DNA of 64,000 bases from an uncultured Methanosarcinaceae archaeon (GTDB taxonomy: Archaea > Halobacteriota > Methanosarcinia > Methanosarcinales > Methanosarcinaceae), in the NCBI GenBank assembly GCA_963733675.1, contig CAVTET010000003.1:96001-160000 (forward strand). The letters run 5' to 3'. The notes under the pieces were generated by a model that did not search any database, was not told the origin of the DNA, and saw only the letters and a list, made by a program, of their open reading frames with translations. Shown in pieces: positions 46,415 to 56,625 of the stretch. Made by a program: the position numbers and the translations under genes. Each line of letters starts with the position of its first letter. The first letter of the stretch is position 1.

Positions 46415-47548
46415 TTAGTATTTATTTCTTGTAATCAGCTTGAGAAGCAGTGATTTCTTAATTCCTACCGCATCTTTTGGGCAAAGTTCGCGACAACAAT
46501 AACACTGAATACATTTTCTTTCATTTATTTTGAGAGACCTGCCTACGTCTTCAATGGCATTTGCCGAGCAATTCAAAATGCATGTTTTGCAAAGTGTACA
46601 ACGTGAGGTGTTGATAAATGGCTTTACAGTTAACTGCCTTCGAAGGATCCTCATCAAAAAAGATGGTATCATGGCAGTAATACCACCTTCTGGTCTTTTG
46701 AACCTTACTTTTACTTCGGCCAAAGGTATTCCAACAATCTCCAGACACTCCTGCCTAAACCCCCTTGAGATTGCAGCTCTGTTTGTGGGAACTTTTAAAG
46801 GGTCAATCCCTATTAACTCAGAGGCCACAATATCCAGGGCTACACAGTCATAACTTGCCATGATTACACCTACAAAGATAGGCATACCATTCGATGGACC
46901 ATTCCCCTCCATCCCAACTACACCATCCATGACTGCAAGATGAGGCTTGACAATAGAGTAAATGTCAGTGACTACCTCTCCAAAATGGTCACGGTCTTCC
47001 AGAAAGTGAGCCTGCTTCCTATTTTTTTGAGGTAGGATACCAAAAAAATTTTTTACTGCTCCTGTATACAGCGTAAGCTCATGTGTCTTGAGCTTTGGAA
47101 GCGAAATTATTACATCTGCCTCGATTATCGCTTTTGAGATGTACAAATGTGGCAATTGTCTGGGATCTGGACTATCAACCTCAACATAACCGTATGTCTC
47201 AAAATTGATCAACTCTACCCCGAACCTGGAAGCCACATCTTCAATCCCCGTTAACTTAAATGCTTGCGAAGTGGTACTAGATCCGGAGCTTACAATTCCG
47301 GACCCATCTCCTATAAGTGGAACACCTCCCACCTCTGAAACCAGTTCACACATTGCAGATATTACTGCTGGGTGAGTTGTGGCTGCATCCTCTGGAGGCC
47401 TTATACCAAGTACATTGGGTTTGAGCAATACGCGGTCTCCGGGAGCTATAATCTTTTCAAGACCACCTATCAGACTTAGCGACTCTTTGATCGCTTCCTT
47501 TGTGTTCGAATAATCAATGCAGCGGACAATAGAAACCTTTGTATTCAT
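46415..47548 (-). CDS. DUF362 domain protein with C-terminal 2x[4Fe-4S] ferredoxin domain
   Basis: VLLKPN, TTHP, ISLPKLKTH, TGAVKNFFG, DGVVGMEGNGP; CTLCKTCILNC and CIQCYCCRELCP. Confidence 0.9.
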   Translation of the reverse strand: MNTKVSIVRCIDYSNTKEAIKESLSLIGGLEKIIAPGDRVLLKPNVLGIRPPEDAATTHPAVISAMCELVSEVGGVPLIGDGSGIVSSGSSTTSQAFKLTGIEDVASRFGVELINFETYGYVEVDSPDPRQLPHLYISKAIIEADVIISLPKLKTHELTLYTGAVKNFFGILPQKNRKQAHFLEDRDHFGEVVTDIYSIVKPHLAVMDGVVGMEGNGPSNGMPIFVGVIMASYDCVALDIVASELIGIDPLKVPTNRAAISRGFRQECLEIVGIPLAEVKVRFKRPEGGITAMIPSFLMRILRRQLTVKPFINTSRCTLCKTCILNCSANAIEDVGRSLKINERKCIQCYCCRELCPKDAVGIKKSLLLKLITRNKY

Positions 47549-47569
47549 AGATATGTCAGATAGAATTAA

Positions 47570-47665
47570 TAGAGGATTTCGATAAACACCTAATATTTCT
47601 TTAGATGCTTATAAAATAGTTATAATAGACCTGTAGAAATCAGAGGTTTGAATCAAAATCCTCTA
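47570..47665. mobile_element. ~96-bp MITE inside the ACP cluster
   Basis: IRs tagaggatttcgat / atcaaaatcctcta. Confidence 0.7.
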
Positions 47666-47753
47666 ATGATTAGTTTTCTGCTTCAGGCAATGTAACAAAA
47701 TTTCTTATTGTTGCTATTACATCTTTGCCTCCGAGAATTTGTTGGTCTAAATT

Positions 47754-48746
47754 TCATTTGTTCAGATAGTAAATAGGAGGGCTAGCCCGTATATATTCAG
47801 TGTTGGTTTTTATTTTATTAAGGTGTCTTTGAGCCTTTTCTATCTGATCTCGGGATAATCCCGTGTTCTTTTCAATTATCTCCAAAGATAAATGCTGTTC
47901 TTGGGAATATAGCAACTGATCGATAAAGTGCATGGGCATACGCCAGTAGAACTCCTCATCAGTCGTATAATGACTCCATGTATCAGCACTTGGAGAACGT
48001 TTCATAATCTCTTCATTGACATCCAAAAATTTTCCAAGTGCATATATCTGAGTCTTATAACAATCAGCAAGTGGCTCGAGGTCTACACCTCCATCTCCAT
48101 ATTTTACGAACTGACCAAGGACAAGTTCTGTCTTGTTGGTTGTCCCACAAACAACGTAGTTCATCTTTTCAGCATACATGTACTGAATTACCATTCTAGA
48201 CCGCTGCTTGACACCCTGCAATCCGATCAGTTCCAGATAGTCACTTGCTTTCAACCTGTATTTTGCAACCGTCTTACCATCCTTTATCAATCGGATGTAA
48301 GGGACATTCAAAAGCCCCTGGTTAAGGAAATCAGGTAGTATTAGAGATGTTTTATGAATTTTTGCATCGTATTCTGGGCAGGTTCTCTTAATGATCTTTT
48401 CCTTTTTCTCATAAATGTCAAGGGACTCCAGGATTGGAGATATAGGAACATCCTCATACGACACACCCAAGCTTTCGCAGATTTCTGCGCCCAAAATTTT
48501 ACTGGAAGGAGCAGATTCTTTTTCAGGAAGGAGAAGCCCATACACGTTTTCACTCCCAAGCTCCTGTACACAAAGTGTAAGAGTAACAGCTGAATCAACT
48601 CCACCTGAAACTCCTAATAGCACTCCTTTTTTCTTAAAACTCACTACCTGACTTCTAATAAAACCTCTAATATTTGAAGCTAGATTTTCAATGTCTCTGT
48701 TTAGTTCTTCCATTATATACACATTCAATTCTTCAACTGCTTGCAT
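47754..48746 (-). CDS. nadE: NH3-dependent NAD+ synthetase-like ATPase (NadE family)
   Basis: PP-loop GVSGGVDSA, KQRSRM, GTTNKTE, FVKYGDGGVD, PSADTW; no glutaminase domain. Confidence 0.85.
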   Translation of the reverse strand: MQAVEELNVYIMEELNRDIENLASNIRGFIRSQVVSFKKKGVLLGVSGGVDSAVTLTLCVQELGSENVYGLLLPEKESAPSSKILGAEICESLGVSYEDVPISPILESLDIYEKKEKIIKRTCPEYDAKIHKTSLILPDFLNQGLLNVPYIRLIKDGKTVAKYRLKASDYLELIGLQGVKQRSRMVIQYMYAEKMNYVVCGTTNKTELVLGQFVKYGDGGVDLEPLADCYKTQIYALGKFLDVNEEIMKRSPSADTWSHYTTDEEFYWRMPMHFIDQLLYSQEQHLSLEIIEKNTGLSRDQIEKAQRHLNKIKTNTEYIRASPPIYYLNK

Positions 48747-48824
48747 AATATCATCCCTTTAATAGCTATTTTATTTATATTAACAAACTATATCATAAAA
48801 AATGGATTAAATTGTAGTTAATAA

Positions 48825-49844
48825 CTAATTAAAATTATTTATTTTTGTTTTGAGCTTATTTGCAGCTTCTTCTACCAATTTTTTAGACAGAGCTTGGTTA
48901 ATTTTTTTAAATCCTTCTTCCCTAGACATTTCCCCACTTCTGACAAGTCCGGCTGTATCAAAGGCATAAGGATGGAATCCATATTTCTCCAGATGGTTGT
49001 AGCAGGCAAAGGAGTTCAATGTACAATTGGTTGAATTACTGTCTTTAATATCCGGTAGTGTCCAACCAATTTCCAACAATGTCCTCAGTACTTTATCCTC
49101 ACTATATTCCCATAGACACAATGGATGCAGAATACTGACAACATTGTCCCCCATATTCTCAATAACCTCACTTTTTATGAGGAATAATTCATCTTTATCA
49201 TCAACGCCTATTTTTTGAAGCTGCTTTTCAAATAGATTCCTGGACCATTGTATAAAGTTAAGTGATAAGTTAATTATAGGATTAGGAGATTGGCCAGCTG
49301 TGAAAGCAAATACAATAAAAGGCGCCTTTTGAATGATGGCCTGTTCTATAAGTTTCTGTTTGATGATAGTGATACAGATATTGCAGATATCACTGGCTCG
49401 GTATTTAGCGAACTTAGGAAATGCATCGTAAGATTCGGCCGCTTTTCGAAATGTATCATAAAGTATCTCCTTATCTATTGTCAGCTTAAAATAATCGCAG
49501 CCTGTAACCTTGCATATCTCTTTGGCATTTTTTATTGCATTTTCAGAAATAAATCCATTATCGAACTGAACAGCCAAAACATTCAGAAAAGGATATTCTT
49601 TTTTGAGCTTATAAAGCGTGTACGAAGAATCCTTCCCACCGGAAAGCGCATAAATAACGCTATAATTATCCTTTCCGCTGTAATTTTTAAACAACTGCTC
49701 AATTTTACTCAGATATTCACTTTTTTCCTGTGATAAAAGAGGAGTGTATGTCTCACAAAAATGACAGAGACCAGTTTCCTTATTAATATCTATACCTGGA
49801 ATATCCGAATCCAGAACACATTTTTTACATACTAGTTTTGACAT
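48825..49844 (-). CDS. PP-loop ATPase resembling N-acetyl-sugar amidotransferases (WbpG-like)
   Basis: N-terminal CKKCVL...GLCHFC, ALSGGKDSSY, FDNGF, CNIC, STNC, LVRSGEMSREEG. Confidence 0.75.
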   Translation of the reverse strand: MSKLVCKKCVLDSDIPGIDINKETGLCHFCETYTPLLSQEKSEYLSKIEQLFKNYSGKDNYSVIYALSGGKDSSYTLYKLKKEYPFLNVLAVQFDNGFISENAIKNAKEICKVTGCDYFKLTIDKEILYDTFRKAAESYDAFPKFAKYRASDICNICITIIKQKLIEQAIIQKAPFIVFAFTAGQSPNPIINLSLNFIQWSRNLFEKQLQKIGVDDKDELFLIKSEVIENMGDNVVSILHPLCLWEYSEDKVLRTLLEIGWTLPDIKDSNSTNCTLNSFACYNHLEKYGFHPYAFDTAGLVRSGEMSREEGFKKINQALSKKLVEEAANKLKTKINNFN

Positions 49845-51303
49845 GTTTGTATTCCTCTATAATGGATCGATTGGATATTTTTCCGTTCTCACTTAATGGG
49901 AAATTATCTATGAGTAATATTTCTCTTGGACACAGGTAACCCGGCAGGCTCTTCCTGCAGAATGTAAATAAAGTATTGATTTCTGTCCCCTTCGTAGGTA
50001 TGACCATGAGGCTGATCGCAGTTCCCAGAAGTTCATGGGATACAGGCACAACAAAAACTTTAGAAACCTTGTTATTATCCTCGATATGCCTTTCAATCTC
50101 TCTTGGGTTCACACGATGATCGCCAATTTTAATGATATCGTCCTTTCGACCTAACAGTTTAATATACCCATTAGGCAATTTTTGTACCAGGTCTCCAGTA
50201 TGCAGCCAACCATCTGTGACCCTCTCCTTAGTGGAGATTTCATCATCTAGGTAACCTAACATGATATTATCCCCCCTAGCGACCAATTCACCGGTTATGT
50301 TTGGTTCTACTGATCTGTACTCAAAATCAAAGACATCCAGCTTAACCCCTGGAATTGCTTTTCCTATCGTGTCAATGAATTCATTCACGTCTTCTGCTGG
50401 AAGGTAGGCAAGCCGTGCTGTAGCTTCCGTCTGGCCATACATTGGCAAAATATCGATATTAGGAGTTAGTTCCCATATATCAGTTATAATCTTTCGATCC
50501 ATGCCGCCACCAGCTGATGCAGCAATTCTGACATTGGAGAAAGCTTTTTTGAATCTATCTGGATACTTGAGAAGTATACGATATGTGCTGGGCACCCCAT
50601 AGAATATGGATACTTCTGACTCAACCAGATTGAAAACCGAATCCAAAAAATTCATGCTTCCAATTCTGATTGATCCACCAGCCATAATGTGGGAATCTAT
50701 TATGGAATTTCCAAAAGCATGATGCATGGATATAACAAGTGCTGCTTTATCTTTTGGAGTTATGCCAAGCGCTTCTATTATTGATTTTGCATTTGCCACC
50801 AGGTTTTTGTCACTCAACATGACGCCTTTTGGAGTACCTGTTGTGCCTGAGGTGTAAAGAACCAGTCGAAGTTTCGGTTTATTTGTTTCTGAGTCTACCT
50901 TCCTACGTAAGATATTTAAAAAATTATTATTGTCAATAATGATAACGGTTCCAAAGCGTTCAAAAAAATTCTCTCCGAATCTAAAATACTGTGTATATGT
51001 TGCAATTATATTATTGACATTGTCAGCATCAAGGATCAATTCAAGACTGAATTTTGGAAATTCGATCGGCAGAGGGATTGCGATGTTGGCTGACCTGTAT
51101 ACAGCCATAAGTATTTTTATATATTGTATGCCAGACTCTGCCAGTATTGCAAATCTACAATGTTCAAAATCCATCAGAGACGATGTGAAAATATTTATAT
51201 CCTCATCAAGACAACCATAGGAAACTGAATTTTTGCCTTCTTCAAGAACAATATTTTGAGGGGTTATTTTGGCGTATTCTGTGATATACGCATCAATTCG
51301 CAT
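49825..51303 (-). CDS. AMP-forming acyl-CoA/acyl-ACP ligase (ANL superfamily)
   Basis: YTSGTTGTPKG, YGQTEA, GWLHTGD, GRKDDIIK, NGKI. Confidence 0.93.
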   Translation of the reverse strand: MRIDAYITEYAKITPQNIVLEEGKNSVSYGCLDEDINIFTSSLMDFEHCRFAILAESGIQYIKILMAVYRSANIAIPLPIEFPKFSLELILDADNVNNIIATYTQYFRFGENFFERFGTVIIIDNNNFLNILRRKVDSETNKPKLRLVLYTSGTTGTPKGVMLSDKNLVANAKSIIEALGITPKDKAALVISMHHAFGNSIIDSHIMAGGSIRIGSMNFLDSVFNLVESEVSIFYGVPSTYRILLKYPDRFKKAFSNVRIAASAGGGMDRKIITDIWELTPNIDILPMYGQTEATARLAYLPAEDVNEFIDTIGKAIPGVKLDVFDFEYRSVEPNITGELVARGDNIMLGYLDDEISTKERVTDGWLHTGDLVQKLPNGYIKLLGRKDDIIKIGDHRVNPREIERHIEDNNKVSKVFVVPVSHELLGTAISLMVIPTKGTEINTLFTFCRKSLPGYLCPREILLIDNFPLSENGKISNRSIIEEYKHVKTSM

Positions 51304-51307
51304 TTTT

Positions 51308-51553
51308 TCACTTCGCCAGCTTGGATATCATATTAGTAATTCCCTGCAATGAATCGAAGTTTTCCGGCGTGAGCATGTTTTCAGGAATTTCAATCGAATA
51401 CTTCTCACTGATGTAATCCACGAGTTCAAGCAGGCCAATTGAATCTATAATTCCACTCTGGGTAAGTGAATCATTATCTCCAAATTTGGTGTCTTGGTCC
51501 ATAAAAGAGTTAACCTTCAAATAATCAATTATACAATTCTTTATCTGTTCCAT
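51308..51553 (-). CDS. Acyl carrier protein
   Basis: 81-aa acidic protein with phosphopantetheine site GIIDSIGLLELV and PENFDS; stop is 4 nt from the ligase start. Confidence 0.9.
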   Translation of the reverse strand: MEQIKNCIIDYLKVNSFMDQDTKFGDNDSLTQSGIIDSIGLLELVDYISEKYSIEIPENMLTPENFDSLQGITNMISKLAK

Positions 51554-51860
51554 ATATTGTGTCCCCTTTTCTTTCATAAGCTGTTCATCGATTGTGAATA
51601 ACACACCTCTGTCCTTGTACTGAAAGCCCCATTGTTACTATGTAATACAACTATATAAATAATTTGAATCATTTCATTATAATCAAGAAGTGGTATGCAG
51701 AAAAGTAATGATATGAGAAACACTACTAAAGCGGTTACATAATTTAATTATAATAAAATATATTTAGTTTGTATATACATGATTGCCATATAATGTAGCT
51801 AAATATTCTCAGATTAGAGATATTTGTGTTTTGAAAGAATAAGTTAATATAATAAATTAA

Positions 51861-51947
51861 AGAGAATTTCGATTAGCCTTCGGTTTTAACTAGTTATATT
51901 ATACCATTTATGACATATGAGAAACTAGTGGTTTATTGAGATTCTCT
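51861..51947. mobile_element. Degenerate ~90-bp MITE copy
   Basis: agagaatttcgat ... attgagattctct ends; internal ataccattta shared with the 29558 copy. Confidence 0.5.
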
Positions 51948-52449
51948 ATAATTACGTTTCCAACTATAATTGATTTGTAAATATGTAATTAATTTGTAAG
52001 TTGACTATGATTGCAATACTTAAAACACGATCCAAATGATGGTCGAACTCTTCAGAAAATACTGAAATATTCCTCAGATAAACTGAAACCTTGAGACATG
52101 ATTCAATGAATACCAGAGTTTCAGATACAAGTTTGAAATCTTTGAGGAATTCATCCAATGATACGAAGAAGGTTCCAAATTACCTTGAAACTTGAAGACC
52201 CAAGGTCACCAGAAAATACCTTTTAGAACCTGTTGTCAGCAGAATCAATACTTAGAATTAGATTTAGTTTTTTGAAATTGTGAGAGTAGGGAGAAATTAT
52301 AAAAAATTTGAGGCGAAATAATTCCAGAATAAATATAGGAAAAATTTACTTGGTAAAACAATAAAAATAAGATGTCTCCAAAAAAAAGTATGAATAACGG
52401 TTTGGCGAGAAGCAAAACCGACAACAAATAACTAAAGAGATTTATAGTG

Positions 52450-52908
52450 TTACCTTGTAATCATCATCTCTGCAGTTTCAGGTTTATAAAACCAGTCTCT
52501 CGGTAATACCTTTTCCTGCTGGTAATATTTAACAAGCCTTCTTATCTTTGATTCGGTCAAGTTGAGGGAACGTTTGTTGTGGACGTCTTTCTTGTTGACA
52601 GAAATATGCTTCCTCAGCTTGAGTGCTTTTACGATCAAGTTGGTAAGGTCTTCCGGGATATTCGAAGAAACGTTGTTTTCCCTAAGAATGGTTGTTATCT
52701 TCTTGCTTGTGATAAGCTTGGCATCAGGGACCCCGTGACGATCTCTTAAAATCATCCCTATTTCGGATGTAGAGATACCCTGTTTCCATAGATCAAGTAT
52801 TATTGAAATAACTTCATCTGAACTAATCTTGGACCAGTCAGGCGGTTCTGTTCGTTTGGGCTTGGTAGAAGAGGATTTACCTTTTCTTTTGGTATGCATT
52901 TTTGCCAT
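52450..52908 (-). CDS. rps15: 30S ribosomal protein S15 (uS15/S13e)
   Basis: [37 protein letters not shown]. Confidence 0.97.
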   Translation of the reverse strand: MAKMHTKRKGKSSSTKPKRTEPPDWSKISSDEVISIILDLWKQGISTSEIGMILRDRHGVPDAKLITSKKITTILRENNVSSNIPEDLTNLIVKALKLRKHISVNKKDVHNKRSLNLTESKIRRLVKYYQQEKVLPRDWFYKPETAEMMITR

Positions 52909-52914
52909 AATAGT

Positions 52915-53105
52915 TCTCCTGATATCAATTGATCGATGCCCAGAAAGGAAATATTCTGGGCTGAAGTTATATCTTTACCGACTATAACGGACCAACAAAT
53001 CGATCGGGAGATTTAAATCCGCCACAAAAAAAATTGTTGCGTGGCTTTTCAGGAATTCCTGCAAAAGCGTAGGTTCTTCGGTAAAAACATCACTAGAAAA
53101 CGCAC
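52915..53105 (-). promoter_or_regulatory. Structured 5' leader of rps15 (probable ribosomal protein leader)
   Basis: Minus-strand pairings tttaccga/tcggtaaa, gcttttgcagg/cctgaaaagc and gcccagaa/ttctgggc between a TATA-like element (~53110-53120) and the GGAG RBS. Confidence 0.6.
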
Positions 53106-53949
53106 CATATGATATATACTTTGTGTTGAAATAAAAAATATTTAGTCTTGTTTGAGATTGGAAAGATAAGGGGCAGGCACATATCTCCAACTTCACAAAG
53201 AAGAATCACACAGACTCTAAAATATTCATGCTTTTCCTCATTTTACTACCCTTAAATAAGATAGATAAGTGAATCCCAAGGAACCTTTGTCTTCTAAGGG
53301 ATCTTCAGTTTCAAGAAGTGATGAAACAATTTAGTTAACCTCACATAAAAAATAAGTTTTGAGTTATGTCCTGATTTCGTGATAGATATGGCCTGTAAGT
53401 AAATTTTGAAGTAAAGAAAGGTAAAATGTATGTGCATTTTTAGGGTAAACTCTGGAGTTTAGTAGGAACTTGGCTTCCTTGAAGCCAAAAAAGATAAAAT
53501 CAAGGTATATGGATGAAGTTTTTTCGTGTGAACTATTGAGGAAAAATTTGAAAAAAAATAAGTAATATTTATTATGACTACATTAAATCGGAACTAATGT
53601 TATACAGCTGAACTAAAAATCAGTGCTATTAAAATTTTCAACTATCTAGAGTATAAATATTTATGAAAAACTTGCTTGTGCTTGAATCTTATCCTCAAAT
53701 GATTAAGCTCTGAAGAAAAAAAATTATGACATGATAAAATACCAAAAACGATAGGTAAAATAAAATCATCATCAATAGTTAACAGTTAAATAAAGTAACC
53801 CCACCAAAGTTTGCTTATTGAATCTCAACAAAGGTGACTAAAACTATTGTTTTTCCCAGGCTGAAAAGTTACACATACACAATATGTATATATTTAGTCT
53901 TCTACAAAATGAGCACATGTGGTTTGAGAAATAACAGAGGTTATTATAT

Positions 53950-55059
53950 ATGTACAGTAATGAAAAGATTATTTCCGGAACAATCATTGCAGGTCCCGAA
54001 CTGGAAATTGTTGAGGGTTACATCTGCGTAAATAACGGAATAATTACAGAAATTGGAGAAGAACACACGTGTTCTTCCAATATAATAGCTCCCTGTTTTG
54101 TCAATGCCCACACTCACCTTGGAGATTCAGTACTTAAAGATCCTCCTTTAGGAAAAATCCATGGCTTTCGGATTCAAAAGGATCTCGATTCTCTCGTAAA
54201 ATATCCAGACGGAATAAAGCATGAAATTCTCAGAGAAACCCCGTATAAAATCCTTATAGAAAGTATGAGAAAGTCTCTATTTGATATGATAGAAACAGGT
54301 ACTTATGCCTTCGCAGATTTTAGAGAAGGGGGGATTTTAGGAGTTGAAGCCCTAAATAAAGCTATGGAAGGGCTTGAAATTAATTCCATGATATTGGGTA
54401 GACCTAAAAATTCTGAATTACCCCTCATAGTGATACTTGACGAAGTAAAAAGAGTTCTTCTACATTCCAACGGGATTGGAATGAGCGGAGCAAATGATCT
54501 TGATCTTGTAATATTGGAAGAGATCGCAACCTACACACGAGATCTGAAAAAGTTCTTTGCGATTCATGCAGGAGAAAAGAATCGAAGCGATATAGAAAAA
54601 GCACTGTCAATTGAGCCTGATCTCCTAATTCATCTAACTACTGCCACAAAAAAAGATATTGAATATGTGGCTGATGCGAAAATTCCGGTCGTAGTATGTC
54701 CTAGATCAAATTTTGTCACAGGAGCTGGCGTAGCACCTATTGTAGAAATGCTGGAGGCTGGACTAATGGTAGCTGCAGGAACAGATAATGTAATGCTAAA
54801 TTCAGTAAATATGTTTGCTGAAATGGAATTTATGTCCAAGGTTTTTTCAATTGATGATAGACAAGTATTTAAAATTTGCACACTTAATGGTTCTTTTATA
54901 ACAGAGCAGGATTCCACAGGTTCGATAGAAAAGGGAAATAAAGCTAATTTAATGATCCTTAATGGAAGTTCCAATAATCTAACAGGGGTAAAAAACCCTA
55001 TAAGTGGAATTGTAAGACGGGCAAGACCCGATGATATATTATCGGTACTTCATTCATAA
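53950..55059 (+). CDS. Amidohydrolase-family metal-dependent deaminase
   Basis: FVNAHTHLGD, IHAGE, CPRSN, GTDN. Confidence 0.9.
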   Translation: MYSNEKIISGTIIAGPELEIVEGYICVNNGIITEIGEEHTCSSNIIAPCFVNAHTHLGDSVLKDPPLGKIHGFRIQKDLDSLVKYPDGIKHEILRETPYKILIESMRKSLFDMIETGTYAFADFREGGILGVEALNKAMEGLEINSMILGRPKNSELPLIVILDEVKRVLLHSNGIGMSGANDLDLVILEEIATYTRDLKKFFAIHAGEKNRSDIEKALSIEPDLLIHLTTATKKDIEYVADAKIPVVVCPRSNFVTGAGVAPIVEMLEAGLMVAAGTDNVMLNSVNMFAEMEFMSKVFSIDDRQVFKICTLNGSFITEQDSTGSIEKGNKANLMILNGSSNNLTGVKNPISGIVRRARPDDILSVLHS

Positions 55060-55077
55060 GCAAATGGAGAACAAGAC

Positions 55078-55527
55078 ATGAAGAGCGAGTTTTACCGGAA
55101 TATAGTGATTGCAACAGATGGATCCGAAAATAGCAAGAAAGCTATTTCTTATGGAATTGGAATTGCAAAACTTAGCGGAGCAACGGTTCACACTCTCTAC
55201 GTGGTGGATACATCTGCTTTTTCCTCGATACCAATGGATAGCGGGTGGGAAGAAATGTATGAGGTCCTAAGAAAAGAAGGAGTGAAAGCGGTATCCGAAG
55301 TAAGAGAACTTGGAGAGGCGTCGGGAGTAAATGTAAGAGATGTTATCTTGGAAGGACATCCTAGCAGTGAAATTATCACTTTCGCAGAAAATAATGACGC
55401 TGACATTATAGTAGTCGGTACCCTCGGAAAAACCGGACTCGATCGGTTTTTAATGGGGAGTGTTGCAGAAAAAGTAATGAGAAGCTCAAAAATCCCGGTT
55501 CTAATAGTCCGGGGTGAAGAACAGTGA
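55078..55527 (+). CDS. Universal stress protein (UspA family)
   Basis: IVIATDGSE, GHP, DIIVVGTLG, MGSVAEKVMR. Confidence 0.95.
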   Translation: MKSEFYRNIVIATDGSENSKKAISYGIGIAKLSGATVHTLYVVDTSAFSSIPMDSGWEEMYEVLRKEGVKAVSEVRELGEASGVNVRDVILEGHPSSEIITFAENNDADIIVVGTLGKTGLDRFLMGSVAEKVMRSSKIPVLIVRGEEQ

Positions 55528-55613
55528 TTATTCTTTCTATCAAATGAGAAATCTTTTGATAAAGGAATATCAAAAGTAAATCCGGATTCAGAGGATACAA
55601 AGGTGTAAATCGC

Positions 55614-56468
55614 ATGCCAAAAAACATCTTCATTGAAGATATTATGGTCAGGGATGTAGCAAGTGCAACCCTACCAGGCTCAAGGGATGAAATTCTTAAA
55701 GTTCTTAAGAATAAACATATATCAGGAGTCCCGGTAATTAAAGATTCCAAAGTTGTAGGAATCGTGACCAGGACGAATCTTCTACAAAATCCTGAAGAAG
55801 AACAGCTAGCCCTCCTTATGACAAGAAATCCTATAACCATATCCTCTGGGTCAGCCCTGCAGACGGCAGCACGTCTTCTTCTAGAACACCGCATAAGGAG
55901 GCTCCCGGTCGTAGATGAGGGTAAACTCGTAGGTCTTGTTACTGTTGCAGATGTTGTGGCAACAATTGCAGATATGAATATCGATATTCCCATTAAGGAT
56001 TATGTAGAAAAAGATGTAGTTGCTATTTATAATGAAACACCTTTGCCTGTTGTTGCTAGGATCATGGAGCTTGCAGGAGTCAAGGCTGTCCCTGTGCTTG
56101 ATGCGAATCTGGAACTCGTAGGAATAATCTCAGATCGTGACGTAATTTCTGCCAGCATAATTGAGGACAGTGTAGAGATGTCAGATATGTCTGCTGGATT
56201 GGACGATGATGCTTGGACCTGGGAATCAATGCGTGATACTATGAGCATCTACTACAGTGTTTCAAGGATCAAAGTCCCTAACATGATCGCAAGTGATATT
56301 ATGATCAGTGAACCTATCACAGCCACTTATATTGCATCTGTAAGCGATTGTGCAAGGAAGATGAAGCGGAATAGGATTGACCAGATTCCAATCATTAACT
56401 CTAACCGCAAACTTCAGGGGCTTTTGAGAGATCATGATCTTCTGAAGCCTTTGGTCGAAATGGAATAA
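55614..56468 (+). CDS. CBS domain protein (four CBS repeats)
   Basis: ISGVPV, IRRLPVVD, GIISDRDV, IDQIPI. Confidence 0.92.
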   Translation: MPKNIFIEDIMVRDVASATLPGSRDEILKVLKNKHISGVPVIKDSKVVGIVTRTNLLQNPEEEQLALLMTRNPITISSGSALQTAARLLLEHRIRRLPVVDEGKLVGLVTVADVVATIADMNIDIPIKDYVEKDVVAIYNETPLPVVARIMELAGVKAVPVLDANLELVGIISDRDVISASIIEDSVEMSDMSAGLDDDAWTWESMRDTMSIYYSVSRIKVPNMIASDIMISEPITATYIASVSDCARKMKRNRIDQIPIINSNRKLQGLLRDHDLLKPLVEME

Positions 56469-56625
56469 TTCAGGTTAAGATCCACTCCCAAAACATAATC
56501 AACCTATAATACGAAGCAAATAAAAAAATTAAATGAACTATGGAGCTTACTCAATAAATGTTAATAAGACGGCTTTTTTCCGAACTAAAATTCCTCAAAA
56601 AGATATATATTTCAGGAGCCTGAAA

